Shown here in pieces: positions 16,987 to 26,161 of a DNA stretch of 64,000 nucleotides (position 1 is its first letter; every line of letters starts with the position of its first letter). The notes under the pieces are model-generated. The model was not told the DNA's origin. It ran no database searches and was given only the letters and a program-made list of their open reading frames with translations. The DNA lies in contig JAUSAZ010000210.1 of assembly GCA_030652255.1 (NCBI GenBank), positions 224,222 through 288,221 on the forward strand, given 5' to 3'. Position numbers and translations under genes: made by a program. Origin of the DNA: Myxococcales bacterium (lineage in GTDB: Bacteria > Myxococcota_A > Polyangia > Polyangiales > Ga0077539).

Positions 16987-18441
16987 CTACTGCCAGAACC
17001 CGATGCCGAAGCCCCAGTCGAAGTAGTTGTACGAGTAGTCCATCGTGAAGGTGAGCTCGAAGTCCACGGGGTCGACCACCTTGAACGCGTCCCAGCGGAA
17101 GAGCCGCAGGTCGAGCCCGCCGGTGACGTGGACGCGCGCCGGGACGTCCGTGAAGCGCGACGGCTCGACGTAGGTGCCGGCCCGCAGCTGGAGTCGGTTG
17201 GAGAGAGGCTCGCCCTCCACGCCGAGGCGCGGCGACAGCAGGAGGTCCCGGCCCGACGGGCGCTCCTGCTGCTGCATGAAGGCGTCGATGCCCTGGCCGC
17301 GGCCCACCGGACCGAAGGCCACCAGGCCGAAGGCGATCAGCAGGAAGCGCCGCGGCCGGTCGCGGAGCATCGCCCGCTGCGTGGCCCGCCATCGCCAGGA
17401 GAAGGTCCCGTGCTCGCTGTCTTCGCGCTCGCGCCGCTCGCGCTCCTCGGCGGTCCAGCGGGCGTCCTCGGTGGCGCGCTCGACCTCGTCCCCGATGGCG
17501 GCGATCTCGAGCCGGTGCTCGCGCTCGCGGCGCGCCCGGTCGTCGAGCTGCTGCCGGCGCAGATCGCGGCGCAGGGCGCCCATGTCCTGCCACGGGATGT
17601 TGAACGTTCGCTCGCCCAGCATGACCGACGCGCCGATCTCCGCCTCCCACGGGAGCACGATGCGCCGGGGGACCACGAAGCACCCGGTGCTGTCCTCCAC
17701 GCAGCCCGTGGGCCGGCGGATGGCGCCGCCCTGCGGGGGGGTGAAGTCGATGGGCAGCGCGCTCACCTCCGAACGGAACGCCATGCCCAGCCGGATCCGC
17801 TGCCCGGTCGGCCGCCACACCGCGCCGACCTCGGGCGCGGCGCCGAGGTAGCGCAGTTCGGTGCCCGAGTTGGGGTCGGACTCCACCGGGGACCAACGGA
17901 TGTTCGTGAACCCGATGCGCAGGCCCGCGCCCAGCACGACCTCGCCGTCGCCGAGCAGGAGACCGCCGCCCAGGTGGTGCGAGCTCATGCCGACGGTGAT
18001 GGGCCGCTCGAAGCCGTTGCGCGCCCCGAGCTCATAGCTCTGGACGGTCGTGAGGTACCCGACCCCGAGGTTGCCGAAGTGCAGCCCGACGCCCCCCTGG
18101 ACCACGCTGAAGTCGTCGTAGTCGCGGCCGCCCGCGCCGGAGTTGTCCCAGTTGCGCTGCGGAAAGAAGACCGAGATCACCGGGTCGATGCTGAACCACG
18201 AGAGCTCCGTGCCGGTGCGCACCGCGTAGCCCGCGGGGTTGAAGGGGACGCCGCCGACCCCGGACACCAGGCTCGCGTAGGCGCCGCCGAGGCCGACGGC
18301 GCGGCCGGGGCCCACCACCGGGCCGCGCGTGAAATCGATGACGAAGTCGCTGTTGCGCAACGGCCGCTGCGCCCACGCCGCACCTCCGCCGTACGCGGCG
18401 AGGGCGGCAGCCAGGGCGAGCGTGCGGGCGGCGGGAGACAC
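16987..18441 (-). CDS. Putative outer-membrane beta-barrel protein, 484 aa
   Basis: Signal peptide ..LAAALAAYGGGAAWAQ, and a Gly/aromatic-rich alternating pattern. VPFNPAGYA is reminiscent of the FadL/OmpP1 NPAG motif. The C-terminus reads GFGIGFWQ. A highly charged ~75-aa insert is present. Confidence 0.6.
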   Translation of the reverse strand: MSPAARTLALAAALAAYGGGAAWAQRPLRNSDFVIDFTRGPVVGPGRAVGLGGAYASLVSGVGGVPFNPAGYAVRTGTELSWFSIDPVISVFFPQRNWDNSGAGGRDYDDFSVVQGGVGLHFGNLGVGYLTTVQSYELGARNGFERPITVGMSSHHLGGGLLLGDGEVVLGAGLRIGFTNIRWSPVESDPNSGTELRYLGAAPEVGAVWRPTGQRIRLGMAFRSEVSALPIDFTPPQGGAIRRPTGCVEDSTGCFVVPRRIVLPWEAEIGASVMLGERTFNIPWQDMGALRRDLRRQQLDDRARREREHRLEIAAIGDEVERATEDARWTAEERERREREDSEHGTFSWRWRATQRAMLRDRPRRFLLIAFGLVAFGPVGRGQGIDAFMQQQERPSGRDLLLSPRLGVEGEPLSNRLQLRAGTYVEPSRFTDVPARVHVTGGLDLRLFRWDAFKVVDPVDFELTFTMDYSYNYFDWGFGIGFWQ

Positions 18442-18588
18442 GGCGACGCCGGTTTACCGGGACGCCGCGGGGGCGCAACCACTGCGGAGCCTGTTTCGCC
18501 CACTGAAGGTCTCGGGTCGACCGCGCGCCGACTTCAGGTATGGTCCGCGCGCCCTGACGGGCGGTGACGGAGGTCTACGGAGTTCGCG

Positions 18589-19689
18589 ATGCACTTCATG
18601 AAGCTGGTGCTGGAAGACGGGACGGAGTTGCGGGGGCGTTCGTTCGGCGCGCCACGCGAGGTGGCGGGCGAGGTGGTGTTCACCACCGGGATGAGCGGGT
18701 ACGTCGAGACGCTGACCGACCCGAGCTTCCGGGGGCAGATCCTGGTCGCGACGTACCCCCTGCAGGGCAACTACGGCGTGCCCGCGCGGCGCCCCGCGGG
18801 GAGCATCGACGCGCCCTTCGAGAGCGGCCGGGTGCAGGTGCAGGGGATGGTCTGCGTGCGGCACAGCGAGCGGCCGTCGCACCACGCCATGGCCAGCACG
18901 CTGGGCGACTGGCTGCGGGAGGAGAACGTCCCGGCCATCGAAGGGATCGACACCCGGACGCTCACCCGCAAGCTGCGCGAGCACGGCACCATGAAGGGCT
19001 GGCTGCTCCACGAGGGCACCGCCGTCGCGGAGGGCAAGGCGCGCGCGGACGCGATCGACATGCCCACGGTGGTGGCGCAGTGCACCGTGCCCGAGGCGGT
19101 GACGTACCCGGGCGGCGAGCTGCGGGTGCTGCTGGTCGACACCGGCTGCAAGGACAACATCGCCCGCGCGATGGTGAAGCGCGGCGCCACGGTCATCCGG
19201 GTGCCGAGCCACGCCGACCTCGCGGCGTACCTCCCGGAGGTCGACGGGGTGCTGCTCTCCAACGGCCCCGGCGACCCGAAGGACCTCATGCCCCTCGCGG
19301 CGCAGATTCGCGGGCTCTTCGACAAGGGCATCCCCACCTTCGGGGTGTGCCTGGGCAACCAGCTGCTGGCCCTCGCGGCGGGCGGCGACACCTACAAGCT
19401 GCGGTACGGCCACCGCTCGCAGAACCAGCCGGTGCAGGACCTCCTCACGCGGCGCTGCTACGTCACCTCGCAGAACCACGGGTATGCCGTGCGCGAGGAC
19501 TCGCTCCCGGCGGACTGGGAGCCGTGGTTCGTGAACGTCAACGACGGCACCAACGAGGGCATCCGGGCCCGGGGGAGGGCGGTGTCGAGCGTGCAGTTCC
19601 ACCCCGAGGCGACGCCGGGTCCCGACGACACGGCCTTCCTCTTTGACGACTTCCTCCGGCTCTGCGGATCGATGAAGCGAGGACGTTGA
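18589..19689 (+). CDS. carA: Carbamoyl-phosphate synthase small (glutaminase) subunit
   Basis: FTTGMSGYVETLTDPSFRGQIL, GVCLGNQLLA (catalytic Cys) and QFHPEA. The gene lies immediately upstream of carB. Confidence 0.95.
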   Translation: MHFMKLVLEDGTELRGRSFGAPREVAGEVVFTTGMSGYVETLTDPSFRGQILVATYPLQGNYGVPARRPAGSIDAPFESGRVQVQGMVCVRHSERPSHHAMASTLGDWLREENVPAIEGIDTRTLTRKLREHGTMKGWLLHEGTAVAEGKARADAIDMPTVVAQCTVPEAVTYPGGELRVLLVDTGCKDNIARAMVKRGATVIRVPSHADLAAYLPEVDGVLLSNGPGDPKDLMPLAAQIRGLFDKGIPTFGVCLGNQLLALAAGGDTYKLRYGHRSQNQPVQDLLTRRCYVTSQNHGYAVREDSLPADWEPWFVNVNDGTNEGIRARGRAVSSVQFHPEATPGPDDTAFLFDDFLRLCGSMKRGR

Positions 19690-19690
19690 G

Positions 19691-22600
19691 ATGTTCGGAC
19701 AGTATCTCCCCAAGAAGCCCCGGCGCGTTCTCATCCTGGGCTCCGGCGCGCTCAAGATCGGTGAGGCGGGCGAGTTCGACTACTCGGGCTCGCAGGCGAT
19801 CAAGGCCATCCGCGAGGAGGGCATCGCCACCGTCCTGGTGAACCCCAACATCGCCACCATCCAGACCAGCGAGGAGATGGCCGACAAGGTCTATTTCCTC
19901 CCGGTCGACCCCCACTTCGTCGAGCAGGTGATCGTCCGCGAGGAAGTGGACGCCATCACCATCTCCTTCGGCGGACAGACCGCCCTCAACTGCGGCGTCG
20001 CCCTCGACGAGAGCGGGGTGCTGAAGAAGTACGGCGTGCGGGTGCTCGGCACGCCGGTCGACACGGTGCGCGACACCGAAGACCGGCTGCGCTTCAAGCA
20101 GCGCCTCGACGAGATCGGCGTGAAGACCGCCCGCTCGGCCGCGTGCAACAGCCCCGAGGAGGTGCGCGCCGCGGTGGCGATGCTCAAGCTGCCCGTGATC
20201 CTGCGGGCGGCCTACTCGCTCGGCGGCAAGGGGTCGGCCATCTGCGAGACCGACGAGCAGCTGGAGGCGGCGCTCTTCCGAGCCTTCGGCGGCGGCACCG
20301 CGCAGGTGCTGGTGGAGGAGTCGCTCCGCGGGTGGAAGGAGATCGAGTACGAGGTCGTCCGCGACGCCCGCGATAACTGCATCACCGTCTGCAACATGGA
20401 GAACCTCGACCCGCTCGGGATCCATACGGGCGAGTCGATCGTGGTGGCGCCCTCCCAGACGCTCAACGACGAGGAGTACCAGATGCTCCGGTCGATCGCG
20501 ATCCGGACCATCCGGCACCTCGGCGTGGTGGGCGAGTGCAACATCCAGTACGCGCTCGACCCGAAGAGCAACGACTACCGGGTCATCGAGGTCAACGCGC
20601 GGCTGAGCCGATCGAGCGCGCTCGCCTCGAAGGCCACGGGGTACCCGCTCGCGTACGTGGCGGCGAAGATCGCCCTCGGGTACACGCTGCCCGACCTGCC
20701 CAACGCCATCACCCGGCGCACCAGCGCCTTCTTCGAACCGGCGCTCGACTACATCGTCTGCAAATTTCCCCGGTGGGACCTGCAGAAGTTCAGCCAGGTG
20801 GACACCCGCATCGGCAGCGAGATGAAGAGCGTCGGCGAGGTGATGGCCATCGGCCGCACGCTCCCCGAGGTGCTCCAGAAGGCGCTGCGGATGATCGAGA
20901 TTGGCGTCGACGGCCTCGACCCCGACGCCTTCGTCGGCGACGACCTGCGCAGCGAGATCCGCCACCCCTCGCCGCGGCGCATCCTGGCCGTGGCGCGCGC
21001 GCTCGACACGGGCATGAGCGTCGCGGAGATCAACGAGCTCTCGGGCATCGACCCGTGGTTCCTGCACCAGATCGACTCGGTGGTGCAGACGCGGCGGCAC
21101 CTGAAGGACGGCACCGGCCCGGTCGCCCCGGCGCTCCTGCGCGAGGCCAAGCAGCAGGGCTTCTCGGACAAGGCCATCGGCAAGCTGCGCAAGAACACCG
21201 AGGCCGAGGTGCGCTCCGAGCGGCTGCGGCACGGGATCAAGCCGCACCTCTGCCAGATCGACACGCTCGCCGCGGAGTACCCCGCGGAGACCAACTACCT
21301 GTACCTGACCTACCACGCGACCCAGGACGACGTGGCGCCGTCGTGGCGCAAGAAGGTGCTGGTGCTGGGGTCCGGCGCGTACCGCATCGGGTCGAGCGTG
21401 GAGTTCGACTGGTGCTGCGTGAACACCGTGCGCGCGGTGCAGGAGCTCGGCTACGAGACCATCCTGCTCAACTACAACCCGGAGACGGTCTCCACGGACT
21501 ACGACGTCTGCGACAAGCTGGTCTTCGACGAGATCGCGCTGGAGACGGTGCTCGACCTCTACGAGCGCGAGCAGCCCTACGGGGTGATCGTGTCGATGGG
21601 CGGCCAGGTGTCGAACAACCTCGCGCTCAAGCTCCACAAGGCGGGCGTGCGGGTGCTCGGCACCAACCCCGAGTCCGTCGACCGCGCGGAGGACCGCGAG
21701 AAGTTCGGCGCGCTCCTCGACCAGCTCAAGATCGACCAGCCCAGCTGGGCCACGACCACCGACGTGAGCGACGAGAACCTCACGCGCATCACCGACGAGC
21801 TCGGCGGCTTCCCCCTGCTGGTGCGCCCGTCGTACGTGCTCTCCGGCGCGGCGATGACCGTGGCCCACGAGCAGCACCACCTGCGCAACTACCTGCACCG
21901 CGCGACGGCCGTGTCGCCGGAGCACCCGGTGGTGATCACCAAGTTCGAGACCCACGCCAAGGAGGTGGAGATCGACGCCGTCGCCGACCACGGCGAGGTG
22001 ATCCTCTCGGCCATCAGCGAGCACGTCGAGAACGCCGGGGTGCACTCCGGCGACGCCACGCTCGTGCTGCCGCCGCAGAAGCTCTACGTGGAGACCATCC
22101 GGCGCATCAAGCGCATCGCCCGCGACGTGGCGAAGGCGCTGCAGATCACCGGGCCCTTCAACATGCAGTTCCTCGCGAAGGACAACGTGGTGAAGGTCAT
22201 CGAGTGCAACCTCCGCGCGTCGCGCTCCTTCCCCTTCGTGTCGAAGGTCACCGGGACCAACTTCATCCGCGAGGCCGCGCGCCGGATGCTGGGCGTGGCG
22301 ACGCCCGTGTCCGTCGAGGCCCTCGACCTCGACTACGTGGCCGTGAAGGCCGCGCAGTTCTCCTTCTCGCGCCTCGCGGGCGCCGACCCCACGCTCGGCG
22401 TGGAGATGGCCTCCACCGGGGAGGTCGGCTGCCTCGGCGACGACCTCTCCGAGGCGCTGCTCAAGGCCCTCATCGCGACGGGCTTCAAGGTGCCAAAGCG
22501 CGGCGTGCTCCTGTCGCTGGGGCCCGTCGCGGACAAGTACCGCTTCGAGCGCGAGGCCCACTGGCTGCGGGAGATGGGCCTGACCCTCTACGCGACCCCG

Positions 22601-22921
22601 GGCACCGCGGACGTGCTGAGGGAGCAGGGCATCCCGTGCGAGCTCGCCTACAAGGAGAGCAACGAGAAGGAGCCCAGCGCGGTGTCGCTGCTCAACAGCG
22701 GGCACATCGACCTGGTGATCAACATCCCCCGCTCGTACGACAGCCAGGGCATGCCCGACGGGTATCGCATCCGCCGCCGCGCGGTGGACATGAACGTCCC
22801 GCTGCTCACCAACCTCCAGCTCGCGCGGGCCGCCGTCGAGGCGATGCACAAGTACCGCGTCGCGGACCTCAAGCCCCTCGACTGGGGCACCTACCTCGCG
22901 CGCAACGCGAAGCGCTCCTGA
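19691..22921 (+). CDS. carB: Carbamoyl-phosphate synthase large subunit, 1076 aa
   Basis: Duplicated ATP-grasp halves, for example ILGSGALKIGEAGEFDYSGSQA and VLGSGAYRIGSSVEFDWC, plus an MGS-like C-terminus. Confidence 0.97.
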   Translation: MFGQYLPKKPRRVLILGSGALKIGEAGEFDYSGSQAIKAIREEGIATVLVNPNIATIQTSEEMADKVYFLPVDPHFVEQVIVREEVDAITISFGGQTALNCGVALDESGVLKKYGVRVLGTPVDTVRDTEDRLRFKQRLDEIGVKTARSAACNSPEEVRAAVAMLKLPVILRAAYSLGGKGSAICETDEQLEAALFRAFGGGTAQVLVEESLRGWKEIEYEVVRDARDNCITVCNMENLDPLGIHTGESIVVAPSQTLNDEEYQMLRSIAIRTIRHLGVVGECNIQYALDPKSNDYRVIEVNARLSRSSALASKATGYPLAYVAAKIALGYTLPDLPNAITRRTSAFFEPALDYIVCKFPRWDLQKFSQVDTRIGSEMKSVGEVMAIGRTLPEVLQKALRMIEIGVDGLDPDAFVGDDLRSEIRHPSPRRILAVARALDTGMSVAEINELSGIDPWFLHQIDSVVQTRRHLKDGTGPVAPALLREAKQQGFSDKAIGKLRKNTEAEVRSERLRHGIKPHLCQIDTLAAEYPAETNYLYLTYHATQDDVAPSWRKKVLVLGSGAYRIGSSVEFDWCCVNTVRAVQELGYETILLNYNPETVSTDYDVCDKLVFDEIALETVLDLYEREQPYGVIVSMGGQVSNNLALKLHKAGVRVLGTNPESVDRAEDREKFGALLDQLKIDQPSWATTTDVSDENLTRITDELGGFPLLVRPSYVLSGAAMTVAHEQHHLRNYLHRATAVSPEHPVVITKFETHAKEVEIDAVADHGEVILSAISEHVENAGVHSGDATLVLPPQKLYVETIRRIKRIARDVAKALQITGPFNMQFLAKDNVVKVIECNLRASRSFPFVSKVTGTNFIREAARRMLGVATPVSVEALDLDYVAVKAAQFSFSRLAGADPTLGVEMASTGEVGCLGDDLSEALLKALIATGFKVPKRGVLLSLGPVADKYRFEREAHWLREMGLTLYATPGTADVLREQGIPCELAYKESNEKEPSAVSLLNSGHIDLVINIPRSYDSQGMPDGYRIRRRAVDMNVPLLTNLQLARAAVEAMHKYRVADLKPLDWGTYLARNAKRS

Positions 22922-22922
22922 C

Positions 22923-23522
22923 GTGCGCCGCGCGGGCGTGACCGGCGCCGTCGTGCTGGCCCTCTCGGCCACCGCGGCGGCCCAGTCGCCGCCCGCTCGC
23001 CCCCACGCGTCGTCGTGGCTGGTGCCCGCCCTCCACGGGGCGGGCCTCCTGGTCGGTCAGCGCGTCGCCGCGAGCATCCTGTGGACGCGCGCGTTCTCGC
23101 TCGAGGACGGCGACCGCAACCTCCGCCACCTGCGCGCCGGGTACACCCAACCGCCCGCGTTCGACCCGCGACGGCAGCTCTTCGAGTGGGACGGCGACCG
23201 CTGGGAGATCAACTTCGTCGGCCACGGGCTCATGGGCAGCGAGCTGTACCTCCGCGCGCGCCAGTGCCAGCACGGCTTCGCGGCGTCGCTGGCCTTCGCC
23301 GCCGTGGGCTCCGTCGTCTGGGAGTACGGCGTCGAGGTCTGGAACAGCCGCCCCTCGGCCAACGACCTCCTCTGGACGCCCCTCGGCGGCGCGCTCATCG
23401 GCGAGCTGCGCTTCGTGACCTGGGAGATGGCCGCGGGGCTGTCGCCGGTCGCGCGCGGCATCGTGCGGGCGATCGTCGACCCCTTCGGCGAGCTCGAGCG
23501 CGCACTCGGCACCCCCTGCTGA
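22923..23522 (+). CDS. Hypothetical secreted or membrane protein, 199 aa
   Basis: GTG start 2 nt after the carB stop. Signal peptide MRRAGVTGAVVLALSATAAAQS. No family confidently recognised. Confidence 0.5.
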   Translation: MRRAGVTGAVVLALSATAAAQSPPARPHASSWLVPALHGAGLLVGQRVAASILWTRAFSLEDGDRNLRHLRAGYTQPPAFDPRRQLFEWDGDRWEINFVGHGLMGSELYLRARQCQHGFAASLAFAAVGSVVWEYGVEVWNSRPSANDLLWTPLGGALIGELRFVTWEMAAGLSPVARGIVRAIVDPFGELERALGTPC

Positions 23523-23577
23523 TCGTCGATCGAGCGCCCGCTCGACCCTCGACGTTCCTTCGCGGCGGCTCCAGTCA

Positions 23578-24561
23578 GTGCTTCAGGCTCTGTTCAACCT
23601 GCTGGAGGCCCTTCCCTTGGCCACGACCACCGCTGCCTCTCCGGGTGCGACCGCCGCTGCCCACCGGTCCCGCTGGCCCCGGCGCATCCTGCTCGGGCTG
23701 CTGATCGCCCTCGGCGTGCTCCTGGCGGCGGGTGTCATCACCCTGCTCTGGGTGCGGTCTGGGTCCGGTCGGCGCTACGTCGCGCGTCGCATCGAGCGGG
23801 GCGTCTCTGGACAGATGCTCGGTCGATTGCAGATCGGCGCGCTCACGGCCATCACCCGGCGCGGCGTCAGCGCCCGTGACGTGCGCTTCATCGCGCCGGG
23901 CGGCGAGCAGGTCATCGTGCTCGAGTCCGTCGACCTCGACGTCCGCTGGCGCGAGCTCCTCCGCGGCCAGCTGGTCTCACCGTCCGCGCGCGCGACAGGC
24001 GGTCGCGTGGTGCTCCACGATGACGTGCACGGCACGCTCTCCATCGAGCGAACCTTCGAGGGTCGGCCCGATCCCTCGGAGAGCCCGTCGGACTCTTCCG
24101 AGGGGGGCGGCAACATCCACCTCCAGCGCATCGCGGTGTCCGGGCTCACGCTCGTGGGCGCCATCCACGGCGTCCCGGATTTCCGGGTCTCTGCGATACG
24201 CTGCGGCGTCTCGCTGCGCCAGTACCCGCCTCGCGGCGAGCTGCTCCTGGTGATCAGCGACCTCCGCGGGAACGGTCACCTCGACACCCCGGTTGCCATC
24301 GAGCTGCGCTTCACCGGCGGAACCTTCCGGCTCGACACCGGCGCCCGCGAGCGCACCCGCGCCAACCTCACCGCGATGCTCAGCGACAACCGCGTGCGCC
24401 TCACCCACACCACCACGATGCACGGCGAGGAGCCGCACATCGCCGTGCAGCTGGCGATGCCCTCCAGCGCCGGGGTGCTCGACGGGCTCCCGACCATCGT
24501 GCAGGCCTCGTGGGCGGGCGCGACCTCGTCCAACTTCGAGTTCACCGTCACCCGCGACTGA
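23578..24561 (+). CDS. Hypothetical membrane-anchored protein resembling the N-terminal region of AsmA/TamB-like proteins, 327 aa
   Basis: Single N-terminal TM (RILLGLLIALGVLLAAGVITLLWV) followed by beta-rich segments. The architecture resembles the N-terminus of the TamB-like protein at 47288-52135. The start codon is uncertain. Confidence 0.5.
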   Translation: MLQALFNLLEALPLATTTAASPGATAAAHRSRWPRRILLGLLIALGVLLAAGVITLLWVRSGSGRRYVARRIERGVSGQMLGRLQIGALTAITRRGVSARDVRFIAPGGEQVIVLESVDLDVRWRELLRGQLVSPSARATGGRVVLHDDVHGTLSIERTFEGRPDPSESPSDSSEGGGNIHLQRIAVSGLTLVGAIHGVPDFRVSAIRCGVSLRQYPPRGELLLVISDLRGNGHLDTPVAIELRFTGGTFRLDTGARERTRANLTAMLSDNRVRLTHTTTMHGEEPHIAVQLAMPSSAGVLDGLPTIVQASWAGATSSNFEFTVTRD

Positions 24562-24585
24562 CCGCGCGGTAGCCCCGGGGGGGGC

Positions 24586-25032
24586 CTACCGCCGGTCGTC
24601 GTCGACGGCGCGGTGGGCCTTCACGAGCACCTCCCAGGTCACCGGCCCTTCGCCCATGGCCTCGATGAAGGTGCGGGCCTGCTTGATGGCGTCGGCGGAG
24701 GCCACCTCGCTGTCGCACGCGATGGTCGCGAGCGAGAGGGTGTGCGCCACGCCCGCCACCTCGTCGAGCAGCCGGGCCGTGTCGGGGTCGCCGTCGACGT
24801 CCTTCAGGGTCATCAGCACCATCGACGCGTGCCAGAGCGCGCGGCGCTTCTCCAGGCGGCTGTGCGACGCGAGCTCGACCGCGCTCATGGCCGCGCCCAC
24901 CCGCAGCTTGCGTTCGCTCCACTGGTAGCCCTGCTCGTCGAAGACCGACTCCAGCACCGACTCCATCACCTTCAGCAGGTCGGGGACCCGCTCCGTCAAC
25001 CGCTGCACCTCGGCCCTGGCAAGACGTTCCAT
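24586..25032 (-). CDS. Hypothetical all-helical protein, 148 aa
   Basis: ATG-initiated ORF with third-codon positions strongly G/C by eye. No motif recognised. Confidence 0.5.
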   Translation of the reverse strand: MERLARAEVQRLTERVPDLLKVMESVLESVFDEQGYQWSERKLRVGAAMSAVELASHSRLEKRRALWHASMVLMTLKDVDGDPDTARLLDEVAGVAHTLSLATIACDSEVASADAIKQARTFIEAMGEGPVTWEVLVKAHRAVDDDRR

Positions 25033-25129
25033 GCGTGGCTCCTGTAACCCTCTCCGCGGTGTGCCTCATCCCTCCCAGGCGCGCCAATGTCATCGGGACA
25101 TATCCCGACCATGCTAGCGTGCCCGCCCC

Positions 25130-26143
25130 GTGCGACTCCTGATGCTCCACACCGGCGGAACGCTGATGATGCGAGGCGGCGACCTCACGCCGCTGCGCCC
25201 CGACGTCTACACGAGCGACCTGCTCACCGAGCTCCCGGTGCTCGACCGCATCGCCGACATCGAGACGCGGATCCTGTTCAACCTCGACTCCAGCGACATG
25301 CAGCCGCACCACTGGGTCGAGCTCGCGGCGGCGGTGCACGGCGCCCTCGACGAGCGTCTCCCGGGCGGTGGCCTCGCCTTCGACGGCGTGGTGGTGCTGC
25401 ACGGCACCGACACCATGGCCTACACCGCGGGCGCGCTGGCATTCCTCCTGCCGGGGCTCGACCGGCCGGTGGTGTTCACCGGCGCGCAGCGGCCGCTGGC
25501 GGAGGTGCGCACCGACGCGCGCTCCAACCTGGTCGACGCGTGCCACCTCGCCACGATGGACATCCCCGAGGTGGGCATCGCCTTCAACGCGCGGCTCTTT
25601 CGCGGCTGCCGCGCCAAGAAGGTCGACGCCTGGGGCCTCGCGGCCTTCGACTCCCCCACCTGTCCCCCGCTGGTCACCCTGGGCGTGACCGTCGAGCGCG
25701 GCGCGCACATCCTCCCGGCGCGATCGCGGGCGGCCTTCGACCCGCGCATCGAGGCGAAGGTGCTGGCGGTGCGGGTGTTCCCGGGCCTCGACCCGAGCCT
25801 GCTCCTGGGCGCCCTGCGCGTGGGCGTGCGGGGTCTGCTCCTGGAGGGCTTTGGCTCGGGCAACCTCCCGCGGCTGGAGAATTCGCTCATCCCGGTGATC
25901 GAGGCGGCGCTCGCGCGCGACGTGCCGGTGGTCATCGTGAGCCAGTGCATGCGCGGCGCCGTCGACCTCAGCCGCTACGAGGGCGGCTCCGCGGCGCAGG
26001 GCGCCGGGGCCATCAGCGCCGGGACCATGACCGCCCAGGCCGCCCTGGCGAAGCTCATGATCGCCCTGGGGCGCGCGGGCGAGGGGAGGCGCCTCGACGC
26101 GGCGAAGCGGGCCTTCGCCGAGACGTGGGCGGGCGAGGTGTAG
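25130..26143 (+). CDS. ansA: L-asparaginase, type I
   Basis: LMLHTGGTLMM (catalytic Thr motif), VVLHGTDTMAYTA, GFGSGN. Confidence 0.85.
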   Translation: MRLLMLHTGGTLMMRGGDLTPLRPDVYTSDLLTELPVLDRIADIETRILFNLDSSDMQPHHWVELAAAVHGALDERLPGGGLAFDGVVVLHGTDTMAYTAGALAFLLPGLDRPVVFTGAQRPLAEVRTDARSNLVDACHLATMDIPEVGIAFNARLFRGCRAKKVDAWGLAAFDSPTCPPLVTLGVTVERGAHILPARSRAAFDPRIEAKVLAVRVFPGLDPSLLLGALRVGVRGLLLEGFGSGNLPRLENSLIPVIEAALARDVPVVIVSQCMRGAVDLSRYEGGSAAQGAGAISAGTMTAQAALAKLMIALGRAGEGRRLDAAKRAFAETWAGEV

Positions 26144-26161
26144 CGACCCGCGAGCGCGGCT

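Noticed and set aside
19538-22972. A 1144-aa ORF antisense to carB. Similar giants lie at 38836-41868 (antisense to tilS-like/ftsH), 8856-12944, 54501-56843, 41505-43055, 49641-52196, 45059-47296 and 26407-29331 upstream of 27856
   Set aside because: Their translations are dominated by R, P, G, A, H, D and E runs with no motifs. They overlap genes that have unambiguous family signatures. Long stop-free shadow frames like these are expected in ~70% GC DNA.
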